Origin: Rebecca billardiae RCC1528
Lineage: Eukaryota > Protista > Haptophyta
Direction of reading: 5' to 3'
Length of the DNA: 64,000 nt
Assembly: GCA_965240325.2 (NCBI GenBank)
Contig: OZ251226.1
Span: 930,001 to 994,000, forward strand
Shown: one piece after another, positions 31,601 to 41,384 of the stretch
How positions within the stretch are numbered: position 1 is the stretch's first letter
Layout of the letters: each line of letters begins with the position of its first letter
Made by a program: the position numbers and the translations under genes
Notes under the pieces: generated by a model
Database searches by the model: none
What the model saw: the letters and a program-made list of their open reading frames with translations, nothing else
Told to the model about the DNA's origin: nothing

Positions 31601-33928
31601 GCGCCGTGTCCGTGCCGCGCGTCGCGGCGTGCAGCCGCGCCGCGCCGTCGCCGATCTCGAGCGCCGCGCCGCTCGCCTCGAGGAGCGCCGCCACCGCGCC
31701 GTGCCTCGCGCCGACGGCGAGCTGCACGGGCGTGCTGCCCCAGCGGTCGCGGCAGTTGACGTCCGCGCCGGCCTCGACGAGGAAGGCGACGACGGCGTTG
31801 TTCCCCGACGCCGCGGCGAGGTGGAGCGCCGTGCGCGCGTCGAAGTCGCGCGTGTCCACCGCGTAGCCGCGCGCGAGCAGCAGCCGCATGCCCTCGACGT
31901 CGTTCGCCGCGACCGCAGCGCTCATCTCGCTGAGGCTCTGCTCGTGCCGCGCGAGGATGGCGCGGCGGATGGCGGCCTTCTGCTCCTGCAGCTCCTTGAG
32001 CTCGTCTTCGTCCAGCGTGCCCGCGCGCTCGCCCTCGAGCGCGCCCACGTCGTTCCCCTCCTGGTCGAGCCCGTACTTTCGCAGAAACGTCGTGAGCACG
32101 GTCGCCTTCTCCTCCGGGAACGAGGCGAGGACGCGCTCGTACGACTCTTTCGAGAGCACGATCAGCGTGACGTCGCCGCCCGCCGACGCCTTCACCGTGT
32201 GCGGCTGCTGCACGCCGAGCAGGAACGCCACCTCGCCCACCAGCTGGCCCGGCCCGAAGTCCGAGCGGATCGTGCTGACGTACTTGTCGCCCTTGAACGT
32301 GTCGAGCGCGCCCGCCGCGCACCACAGCAGCTCGGTCGAGCCGTCGCCGCGGCAGAAGAGCACCTCGCGCGGCAGCACGAAGCGCTCGTGCAGCAGCAGC
32401 ACGAGCGACGAGTGCAGCTGCGCCGAGCAGCCGCGGAAGAGCCACGAGTGCGCGAGCTCGCGCGCGTACTGCGCCGTCGCCACGTCGGTGCGCATCGAGA
32501 GCGGCATCTTGGCGAAGATCTTGGCGGTGCCCGCCGCCTGCTTGCGGTGCTGGAAGGCGTAGTACTCGACGATGCGCGCGGCGAGCGCGGGCGGCAGCCG
32601 GCGCTCCTTGCCGTACCGCTCGGCGGCCTGCTGCACCACCTTGTGGTGCAGCACGTTCTGGTCGACGCGGATGAGGAAGTGCAGCAGCGTGCCGAACACG
32701 AACGCGTAGAAGACGATCTGCGCGAGCGCGGCGAGCACGGCGAGCCACACCTCGAGCCGCGCGCTGATCACCAGGTTGCCGTACCCGAGCGCTGCGGAGG
32801 GGAGGGGGGGGGCGCGTGGCCGGAGGGCCGACGCGAGGGGCGCGGAGGGGAGGCGGGGGTGGTGAGGAGCGGGGCGAGCGGTGGCGCGGGGGGGGAAGGG
32901 GGCGCGGAGAAGGCGCCGCGAGGGGCGCGTGGGTGGTGCGGGGGTGGCGCGCCACGGGCCGCGCGCGCGCGCGCGCTCGACGCACCGGTCATCCCCGCCC
33001 AGCCCATGTACGACGAGAGGAGGTAGCTCTGCGTGCCGCTGAGCGACTCGGGCGCGAAGCGCTCGTTGCGCGTGACGAGCGAGATCTGCGCCGCCCACGA
33101 CGGCAGCTCGACCACCTCCTGCCCGCGCTTCGCCACCGCCCACCAAAAGCAGCCGACCCAGTGCGGCACGGAGAGCAGCACGACGAAGAACTTGAACAGC
33201 CCGACGAGCGACGCGCTGGTCGCAAGGTCGTTGTTGAGCTTCTCGATGTACCGGTAGAGCTGGCGCACGCGCGTCAGCCGGAGCACCTGCGCCGCGAGCC
33301 ACAGCTCGATGCCGCCGCCGAGCAGGAAGACCACGCGCGCGAGGTGCAGCAGCACCGCACCCGCCCAGTCGAGCGCCGCGCGCTTCGAGCGGTAGTAGCG
33401 GCCGCGGCCCTCGTCGGCCTGAAGCTCGGAGGGCTCGCTCGTGGTCGCGACCAGGATGGAGGGCAGCTGCGCGCGCACCACCACCATCTCGATCGAGAGC
33501 AGCTCGAGGCAGTCCACCAGCAGGTCGACCACGGTGAGCGCGCCCGACTCGACCGTCGCCACCGGGAACGCGACGCGCAGCGGGATCAGCACCTCCTCGT
33601 ACAGCAGGATGGGGAGGCGGACGAGCTTGGAGCGCGCGGCGAGGCGCGCGCGCAGCGCGTGGTCCCACTCGAGGCCGTCGTCCGCCGCCTCGTCAGCCTC
33701 GTCGCCCGCGACGATCACCTGCCGCCACGTCACGCGCCGCCGGCCGCCGCCGTTGCCCGCGCGCGCGCCCGCGCGGCTGTCGCGCAGGATGCCGCCCATG
33801 ACGGGACCGTGCGGCGGTCTCGGCCCCTTTGCACCGTCCGCGACGTCCACCGCGCTCTCCGTCGCGCCCGGCGCCGGCTTGACCGTCGCCGCCCAGCGTG
33901 TCCCAAGCAGCACCGTCGACCAGCCCAT
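24621..33928 (-). CDS. Giant (~2950 aa) tandem channel: [6TM pore GYG + cNMP + ankyrin] - low-complexity linker - [6TM pore + cNMP + ankyrin]; exons 33928-32986, 32791-26337, 26190-24889, 24773-24621
   Basis: Module 1: S4 'VLRLTRVRQL', spliced pore 'MTALGYGN', C-linker, cNMP 'GQLVGEVAFL' and ankyrin repeats 'DFDARTALHLAA'. Module 2: 'FSLDLLANFPF', S4 'VLRLLRLVN', pore 'VMSTIGLS', cNMP 'LGELSFVFG' and ankyrins 'GRTALHLAA'. Three GT-AG introns keep the frame (8853 nt total). Confidence 0.85.
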
Positions 33929-34443
33929 GACAAGACGGTACAGCTATCTCAGGGCCGCGTCCCCACTTGGCATTGCCGCCTTTCGCGCCTTCCATAGGTG
34001 GTAAAATGATGAGGAATCAGGACCGCACTGGATGAGGCTCGTTAATGGGCTCGTGTGTCGGCCCCCCCGGCGACGAGCTCACATATGGAGATTTCTCGCG
34101 CGGTATTATTCCCCTCAAACCACGCGGTGGGAGCGGTATTTTGAATATGTATTGGCGGGTGCGCGGTAGCATTCGTCAATAGGCGTGGGTCAAAATGAAC
34201 GACTCTTCGAATACAATAATGCACCATGCACCATTGGACAAAACATTGAAATATTCTTTTCATTCAAGATGATCATATTCATCACCTCGTCCAATGACGT
34301 ACGACTTGAAATGGCTACGGGTATTCGGGTAGAGAAGCAGAAGTGCTCGCACAATACTATCTAAACGATTTGGCTTCGCCGCTTCGGCGAGACAGAGACG
34401 ATTCCGCCATCACCTCCCTCCGAGTGCACCACCACAATCGGCG

Positions 34444-35574
34444 ATGGGCGCTTCGGCCTCGGCGGTGTGCGCGCCGGGCGCACCTCAGGCAGAGCTCGTG
34501 CAGGTCTGGGACCCGTCCTTCGTCTTCCTCTCCTTCGTGATCAGCACCGTCGGCGCGTTCACCTCGCTCACCACCGTCGTGTACGCGTTCTCGGTACTGC
34601 GTCAGCCCAGCCTGCGCGGGTGGTTCCACGCGTACATGGTCGCGGCGGGCGCGGCGATCGGCGGCGTCGCCGTGTGGGCGATGCACTTTGTCGGCATGCA
34701 GGCCCTCTCGCTGCGCACCTGCGACGGCCGCCCCGTCGCCATGTCGTACAACGTTGTGCTCACCATCACCTCACTCGTCGCGGCGATCGCGATCGGCACG
34801 CTCGTCTTCTACCTCGTCGTGCCGTCGCACAGCGTTGGGGCGGGCGCGGGCGCGGGGCCGGGCGGCGGGGGCGGGGGCGCGGGGGCCAGGGCCGCGAGCG
34901 CACACCTCCCCGACTCGTCGTACTGGATCCTTCACGACGTCGAGCTGTGCGGCGTCAAGCCGCGCGTCGGCAAGTTTGCGATTGGCCGGTTCGTCCTCGC
35001 ATCCGTGCTACTCGCGACCGGCGCGTGCGTGATGCATTACATGGGGATGGCGGCGATGTACGGCGCGTACACGATCCGCTTTGACGGCGCGCTCGTGGGC
35101 GTCTCCGTCCTCATCGCCGTCGTCGCCGCGAGCGCCGGCCTCTTCATCGTCGTGCAGATCGCGTACGCGGGCCTCACGTGGTTCTCGATCGCGCTGCGCG
35201 TGGTGGCCGCGCTGGTGATCGCGCTCGCGGTGAACTGCATGCATTATGTGGGGATGCTGAGCGCAAGCTACGTGCCCACGCGCGAGCTGGGCGACAACAT
35301 CAACCACCACCTCGGGCCCAACCTCAGCATGCACGCGCTCGTCGTCGTCGCCATCGCCGTGAGCTACTGCTTTGCGCAGCTGCTCGCCGTGTACTCGCAC
35401 CTCACCTCGCTGCTGCTGCCCGACGACGCTCACGCGACCGCGGTCGTCGGCGCGGGCGAAGAGGGCGAGGGCGGGCTTGGCGGCAGCGCGGCGCAGCCGC
35501 CGCCCGGGGAGAAGCGTGGGGCGCCGGCCGACTCGCCCCCTGCCGCCGCCGGCGGGCGCGGCGCGGGGAGGTGA
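34444..35574 (+). CDS. Stand-alone MHYT membrane sensor domain protein
   Basis: Three MHYT motifs ('WAMHFVGM', 'VMHYMGM', 'CMHYVGM') in a multi-TM protein. N-terminal 'VFLSFVISTVGAFTSL' is typical of MHYT domains. No output domain. Confidence 0.9.
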   Translation: MGASASAVCAPGAPQAELVQVWDPSFVFLSFVISTVGAFTSLTTVVYAFSVLRQPSLRGWFHAYMVAAGAAIGGVAVWAMHFVGMQALSLRTCDGRPVAMSYNVVLTITSLVAAIAIGTLVFYLVVPSHSVGAGAGAGPGGGGGGAGARAASAHLPDSSYWILHDVELCGVKPRVGKFAIGRFVLASVLLATGACVMHYMGMAAMYGAYTIRFDGALVGVSVLIAVVAASAGLFIVVQIAYAGLTWFSIALRVVAALVIALAVNCMHYVGMLSASYVPTRELGDNINHHLGPNLSMHALVVVAIAVSYCFAQLLAVYSHLTSLLLPDDAHATAVVGAGEEGEGGLGGSAAQPPPGEKRGAPADSPPAAAGGRGAGR

Positions 35575-35907
35575 CTGGTGAGCCACTCGGTTAGGCGGCT
35601 CGACTAAGAACGACACTCGACAGTGCACCGTCCGTTACGGCGGCGCGTGTAGTTCGTCACTCTTGACTCCACAGTCACGTTCCTACGGTAATATAATAAG
35701 GTATTCTACTAGCTAGCGGATACTGTCGTACGACGTGAGTTATACTCGGTTCCTACCGTTGTGTCTGTAATGACTTGTGACCTATCTACCGGGATACGGA
35801 GCAGTGATCCGCGCAGCCCGCGGGCTGTCCCGCTTAGGACTGCATGATGTAGTCATCATCACTTAGTCTTATCATCCGCGAGACCGGAGTCCGATCATGA
35901 TCCGATG

Positions 35908-35909
<2 letters not shown>

Positions 35910-35945
<36 letters not shown>
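35910..35945. repeat. (TA)n microsatellite
   Basis: Direct reading. Confidence 0.95.
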
Positions 35946-35947
<2 letters not shown>

Positions 35948-35948
<1 letters not shown>

Positions 35949-36016
35949 TATGATCGGCTACGCCGATCTTCGGGTAGTGAACAACGAAGTTGAGGGCGCA
36001 CGGCCCTAGTGGCTAG
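35948..36016 (+). mobile_element. Dispersed 60-bp multi-hairpin motif ending in CTAG|T (Helitron-like 3' terminus), copy 1
   Basis: 59/60 identical to 61667-61726. Hairpins GATCGGC-tac-GCCGATC and AGGGC-gcacg-GCCCT. CTAG ends 9 nt after the last hairpin and is followed by T. Confidence 0.55.
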
Positions 36017-36495
36017 TCACCATCACGCAGCTAGTGAGCTTGTGAATGTGAGCAGCAGCCGCGGCTTGTGACGACACGGTCGGACGGTCGGACGGTGCCG
36101 GTGCGGCGGGGGCAGCGGCGGCGCGACGGCGTCGGCGGTGGCGCGCTCGTACAGCGTCTGCAGCACGTGCGCAGCGTGACTGCGTGTGCAGCAGCGCGCC
36201 GCTCAGCTCCCGCCGCTCCACGCCGCCGCAGCGGCGCGCGCGGCGCGCGCCCGCCTCGGCCGCGGCCGCGCCCGCCACCATCCGTCGCGCCGCCGCCAGC
36301 TGCTGCGCCGTCGGTGACGGCGGCGGGTCGAGTGCAGAGAGGAGGTGGATGAGCCAGTGCAGCTCGGACTGCGTGACGTCCACGTCCACCACCGCGTCCT
36401 CCTTCGCCACCGCCATCTCCTCCGCCCGCCCCGCCCCCCAGCGGCGGTCCCACCACTTAGTAGGCGGCGACCGCGGCCCGGCGCACGCCGCCGTG

Positions 36496-36995
36496 ACGCC
36501 GCGGGCGCCCGGCGAGCGCTCGGATGACGAAGCGGCTGGGCGGCAGCGTGGGCGGCGAGGCGACGCGCTCTCCGCCGCTGACGGAGGAGTTGACGGAGGT
36601 CGTGCGCGCTAGGTCGGCGGCGGTGTGCGCGGCGGCGCTGGGCGAGTGCGCCAGCCTCTCGGGCAGCACATGCCCCGCCGCGCGCCCGCCGCCGCCCAGG
36701 CTCCCGCGCTCGGCCGCGCGCCGCGCCGCCGCGCTGTCCGCACGCCGCGGGCGCCCGGCGAGCGCTCGGATGACGAAGCGGCTGGGCGGCAGCGTGGGCG
36801 GCGAGGCGACGCGCTCTCCGCCGCTGACGGAGGAGTTGACGGAGGTCGTGCGCGCGAGGTCGGCGGCGGTGTGCGCGGCGGCGCTGGGCGAGTGCGCCAG
36901 CCTCTCGGGCAGCACATGCGCCACATGCCCCGCCGCGCGCCCGCCGCCGCCCAGGCTCCCGCGCTCGGCCGCGCGCCGCGCCGCCGCGCTGTCCG
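36496..36995. repeat. 246-bp tandem duplication (36496-36740 and 36742-36995) in an unannotated GC-rich segment
   Basis: 'acgccgcgggcgcccggcgagcgctcggatgacg' occurs at 36496 and 36742. The second copy carries a 9-nt microduplication. Confidence 0.92.
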
Positions 36996-37340
36996 GATGG
37001 CGCACCTCCCTCGACTGCGCCGCCACCATCGCCCTCGCTCCCTGCAGTCGCCGCCCCCGCCGCCTGCCGTGACGCGCTCGCCGCGCGCCGTTCGGGCGGC
37101 ACTCGCGGGCGGCGGCGTCGGCTGAGAGCCGGCGGCGGTGACGCGCGGGCGGCCGCCGCTGGCGAGGGTGAGGACGGACATGCCGTTCGGCGCGCCTCCC
37201 TCGTCCGTGCCGCCACCACCGCCCTCGCTCCCTTCAGCCGCCGCCCCCGACGCCTCCGCCTGGCCGCTACAAAGGCCGCCGCATCGCACCGGGACTCGCG
37301 CCGACGTGCGGGCGGCGGTTGGATCGTGACTGTTCGCGAC

Positions 37341-37388
37341 CAGAGAGCCCAGAAGTGACGGTTGTTAACTCGTACCATAAAACTTTAC
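37341..37388 (+). repeat. Dispersed ~50-bp motif B, copy 1
   Basis: 'cagagagcccagaagtgacggttgttaactcgtaccataaaactttac' matches 63877-63928 with a few substitutions/indels. Confidence 0.8.
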
Positions 37389-37562
37389 TACAAGAGGCAG
37401 AATCAAAGCCGATCGCTGCCCTTTCAAGTTGTCCAGGGACACACTCGTTTTCAGAGAGCTGTTAATCCTCGCAGATAGAGGTGTCGAATCCCACCCGCAT
37501 TGTAATACGTTGATACTGAAACGTTGTTTTTGAAGTGTGGTTCTCTTCAGAGGAGAAGGATA

Positions 37563-37704
37563 ATAGGAGACGATACTTTACTCTTTGAATTGGAATCAGC
37601 AAACCAAAAGTGTATATCAGCAGGAGAATCACGATAGGAGACGATACTTTACTCTTTGAATTGGAATCAGCAAACCAAAAGTGTATATCAGCAGGAGAAT
37701 CACG
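37563..37704. repeat. Exact 71-bp tandem duplication in an AT-rich island
   Basis: 'ataggagacgatactttactc...aggagaatcacg' occurs at 37563 and 37634. Confidence 0.95.
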
Positions 37705-38580
37705 AACGGCCCACCATAATTATCAGAAAGATGCAGACGCCTTTGTCCTATTCGAGTTCGATTTCTTCTATTACTTACTATCCAAGGATTAAGGAGCAGT
37801 ACAAACGCAATCATGAGCAGCGATATCGAGTCAAATGCGGATTTCACACCTAAATCCACCTACAAAAATCCCCCAAATCCTGCGCGCATCCTCTTTTTTG
37901 ATTTTGCGGAGCACGTGCGCCGCCCCCCCCGGCTTTCGCTCACGCTCAGACCTTTCGGGGGGCCGTGCGCCATTATAGCATATCAGCATCAGCGATCGCC
38001 GATATATATACGCGGCGCGAAGTGCCGCGAACGCGGCATGAAAACAATTCCCCCGCATCCCCACTGGGCGGAAGTGCGGACGGGTTACGGTAACGCCGAA
38101 AATCGATTTCTTTACTGTGTATCACATATATATTTAACGACGTAGCATGCAACGCCGGGCAGGCGTCAGATGACAGAGTCAGCTGAGCTGGCACGGCAGC
38201 AGAAGTCGAGCAGCGGCGACCGGACAGTCACAGCAGTATTTAATTCTGCGATTATAATATTTGTTTAAACTATTATTTGATATATTATAATAAACTACGT
38301 AGTTATTGTCCGCGCATTTATTGCCGCCAACAGCGGTGAGTCCGTGTTCGAACCGCCAGTAGCAGCGCGACGACGGCAGGCCGATAATGGGCGCGCCCTA
38401 GTATCATACTGTACTTGTAGCCTTAGAGAGAGAGTAAGAGCCAGCTACTGAGCTAGAGAAAGTGCGCGCACTGCGCTGCCACTGTCTTGGACCCAGCCAC
38501 AAGACCCAGCGCCCAGAGTACGTCGTGTCATCGACCCAGCCACTGATGTCATGATTAGTAGAAGTAAAACAGCTTCGTCG

Positions 38581-41058
38581 TCAAGACGATGACGACGACT
38601 GCACCAAGTCGCGTGCCAACCCTCCTGCAAAGCGTGCGTTGCTCGCGGCTGAGCCAGATGCACCGCTGTAGTCCGCGTAGCTCACGCGCACGACCTGCCA
38701 GCCCAACGATTCGAGCACGCGCGTCTTCCACTGGCTGGGCCCGTTGAGCCGCTGCGCGCCCGTCCACGGGTCGGTCACGAAGTGGGACGGCCCATCGTAC
38801 TCCACAGCCACCTTGGACGCGGCGCACGCCATGTCCACGACGAGCAGCCCGCCCTCGCCGATGCGCACCTCCTCCTCGTGCGCCCAGCCGCACTCTGCGA
38901 GCGCGCGAGACAGCGCCCGCTGCGATGACGACGAGCGCACCCGTGACACTCGGTCACGAAGCAGCTGGCTACCGAGGCACTGCGCCAGCATGGACTCTAC
39001 ACGCGTGCGTGCGGTGCCAACGGGCAGGCGTGCATCGGCGTGCAGCGTGATCAGTGCCTGCGCCACATTGATGTGCCCCTCGAGCGCGAGTTGCGCTTGC
39101 ACCCCAGATGCAGCAAGGAGTCGCTCGCACAGGGACAGCAGAAGCTGCCGATGCTCCATGTGCTGGCCAGCCGTCGCATACGCCCACACCGTGTTGGCCA
39201 TGCTCTGCGCATTGAACTCGCCCACGCGCACCTCAGCCTCCCGCGCGATCGCACCATACAGCGCGGGTGCGTCCACGCCCGCTGTGGCGTACGCCCACGC
39301 CGTGTTGGCCATGTTCTGCGCATTGAACTCGCCCACGCGCGCCTCGGCCTCCCGCGCGAATGCGCCATACAGCGCGGGTGCGTCCACGCCAGCTGTGGCG
39401 TACGCCCACGCCGTGCTGGCCAGCTCCTGCGCATTGAACTCGCCCACACGCGCCTCGGCCTCCCGCGCGATCGCGCCATACAGCGCGGGCGCGTCCACGC
39501 CCGCTGTGGCGTACGCCCACGCCGTGTTGGCCAGCCCCTGCGCATTGAACTCGCCCACGCGCGCCTCGGCCTCCCGCGCGATCGCGCCATACAGCGCGGG
39601 TGCGTCCACGCCCGCTGTGGCGTACGCCCACGCCGTGTTGGCCAGCTCCTGCGGCTTGAACTCGCCCACACGCGCCTCGGCCTCCCGCGCGATCGCGCCA
39701 TACAGCGCGGGTGCGTCCACGCCAGCTGTGGCGTACGCCCACGCCGTGCTGGCCAGCCCCTGCGCCTTGAACTCGCCCACGCGCGCCTCGGCCTCCCGCG
39801 CGATCGCGCCATACAGCGCGGGTGCGTCCACGCCCGCTGTGGCGTACGCCCACGCCGTGTTGGCCATGTTCTGCGCATTGAACTCGCCCACACGCGCCTC
39901 GGCCTCCCGCGCGATCGCGCCATACAGCGCGGGCGCGTCCACGCCCGCTGTGGCGTACGCCCACGCCGTGTTGGCCAGCCCCTGCGGCTTGAACTCGCCC
40001 ACGCGCGCCTCCGCCTCCCGCGCGATCGCGCCATACAGCGCGGGTGCGTCCACGCCAGCTGTGGCGTACGCCCACGCCGTGTTGGCTAGCTCCTGCGCAT
40101 TGAACTCGCCCACGCGCGCCTCGGCCTCCCGCGCGATCGCGCCATACAGCGCGGGTGCGTCCACGCCAGCTGTGGCGTACGCCCACGCCGTGTTGGCCAT
40201 GTTCTGCGCATTGAACTCGCCAACGCGCGCCTCGGCCTCCCGCGCGATCGCGCCATACAGCGCGGGTGCGTCCACGCCAGCTGTGGCGTACGCCCACGCC
40301 GTGTTGGCCAGCTCCTGCGGCTTGAACTCGCCCACGCGCGCCTCGGCCTCCCGCGCGAATGCGCCATACAGCGCGGGTGCGTCCACGCCCGCTGTGGCGT
40401 ACGCCCACGCCGTGTTGGCCAGCTCCTGCGCATTGAACTCCCCCACGCGCGCCTCGGCCTCCCGCGCGATCGCGCCATACAGCGCGGGCACGTCCATGCC
40501 CGCTGTGGCGTACGCCCAAGCCATGTTGGCCATGTTCTGCGCATTGAACTCGCCCACGCGCGCCTCGGCCTCCCGCGCGATCGCGCCGAATGTGCGCTCG
40601 GCACCGCACTTCGTCGGCCGCAGCTTGGCCAGGCCGTGCGCTAGGTTAGCCACTTGGCGGGCGCTATACGGCGAGCCGTCGACTGCCTTGCCCTCCAGCC
40701 GCCGCTCCACGCGCGCGAGCAGGGCGCCAAAGGGCTTGTCGGTGCGCAGTGCGTGGCCGCGCAACGTGCGCGCGTTGCGACCCAGTCGAGACATGGCTGT
40801 AGCCTCGTTCACCGGGTTGAACGCGTGGCCATGCGTAGCGCACACATCGAGGATGCGTTTCGCGTCACGTGCATCCATGAGCTGCTGGTTAATCATCTTG
40901 TTATCTGGCCGGCGTGATGGGCCGCCAGCGTGCATCGTCGCCCGTAGCGCAGCACAGGCGAGTGCGGGCGAAGGCGGCATGCGCTCTCGCAGCCCATACG
41001 CGCTACGCGGGCATGTGGCCGAAGTGGTGCTCACCAACCGCCCTAACAGCCCGAGCAT
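38581..41058 (-). CDS. HPR/OPR-type 37-aa repeat protein with C-terminal RAP domain, paralogue 2 (12.5 repeats, ~825 aa, intronless)
   Basis: Same leader, repeat consensus and RAP domain as 21568-24156. 13 repeat starts at 111-bp spacing (39214-40546). Confidence 0.92.
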   Translation of the reverse strand: MLGLLGRLVSTTSATCPRSAYGLRERMPPSPALACAALRATMHAGGPSRRPDNKMINQQLMDARDAKRILDVCATHGHAFNPVNEATAMSRLGRNARTLRGHALRTDKPFGALLARVERRLEGKAVDGSPYSARQVANLAHGLAKLRPTKCGAERTFGAIAREAEARVGEFNAQNMANMAWAYATAGMDVPALYGAIAREAEARVGEFNAQELANTAWAYATAGVDAPALYGAFAREAEARVGEFKPQELANTAWAYATAGVDAPALYGAIAREAEARVGEFNAQNMANTAWAYATAGVDAPALYGAIAREAEARVGEFNAQELANTAWAYATAGVDAPALYGAIAREAEARVGEFKPQGLANTAWAYATAGVDAPALYGAIAREAEARVGEFNAQNMANTAWAYATAGVDAPALYGAIAREAEARVGEFKAQGLASTAWAYATAGVDAPALYGAIAREAEARVGEFKPQELANTAWAYATAGVDAPALYGAIAREAEARVGEFNAQGLANTAWAYATAGVDAPALYGAIAREAEARVGEFNAQELASTAWAYATAGVDAPALYGAFAREAEARVGEFNAQNMANTAWAYATAGVDAPALYGAIAREAEVRVGEFNAQSMANTVWAYATAGQHMEHRQLLLSLCERLLAASGVQAQLALEGHINVAQALITLHADARLPVGTARTRVESMLAQCLGSQLLRDRVSRVRSSSSQRALSRALAECGWAHEEEVRIGEGGLLVVDMACAASKVAVEYDGPSHFVTDPWTGAQRLNGPSQWKTRVLESLGWQVVRVSYADYSGASGSAASNARFAGGLARDLVQSSSSS
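39170..40587 (-). repeat. 111-bp coding tandem array (12.5 units)
   Basis: Exact 111-bp periodicity (12 x 111 between 39214 and 40546). Confidence 0.97.
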
Positions 41059-41384
41059 CCTTCTCCAGGCCGGCCCCGTGCGCCGCGACGCCGCGTGGAA
41101 GACGACGCCTGCGTCCCCTCCCGTGCTGCTCCCAAAGTTCCAACACGGTCCCTCGTCATCGACACGATGGCGGCCAATCGGGTTCACTGGATCAGGGGCT
41201 TCGGGCTGGAATGCTGGATATGCTAATCGCATCCATGCCGTCCCGGGAGTTCGGCGCACAGCCAGTGCAGTACTTGTAGTGCGCTCGCAGGACGGCGCCC
41301 GACCGGATCTCGGGGCACTCGAAGCGGCCGAGGCGGATCGTGCCGGCATCGCCGAGCGCGGCCTCGCTGATCTGTCCGCTGCGA

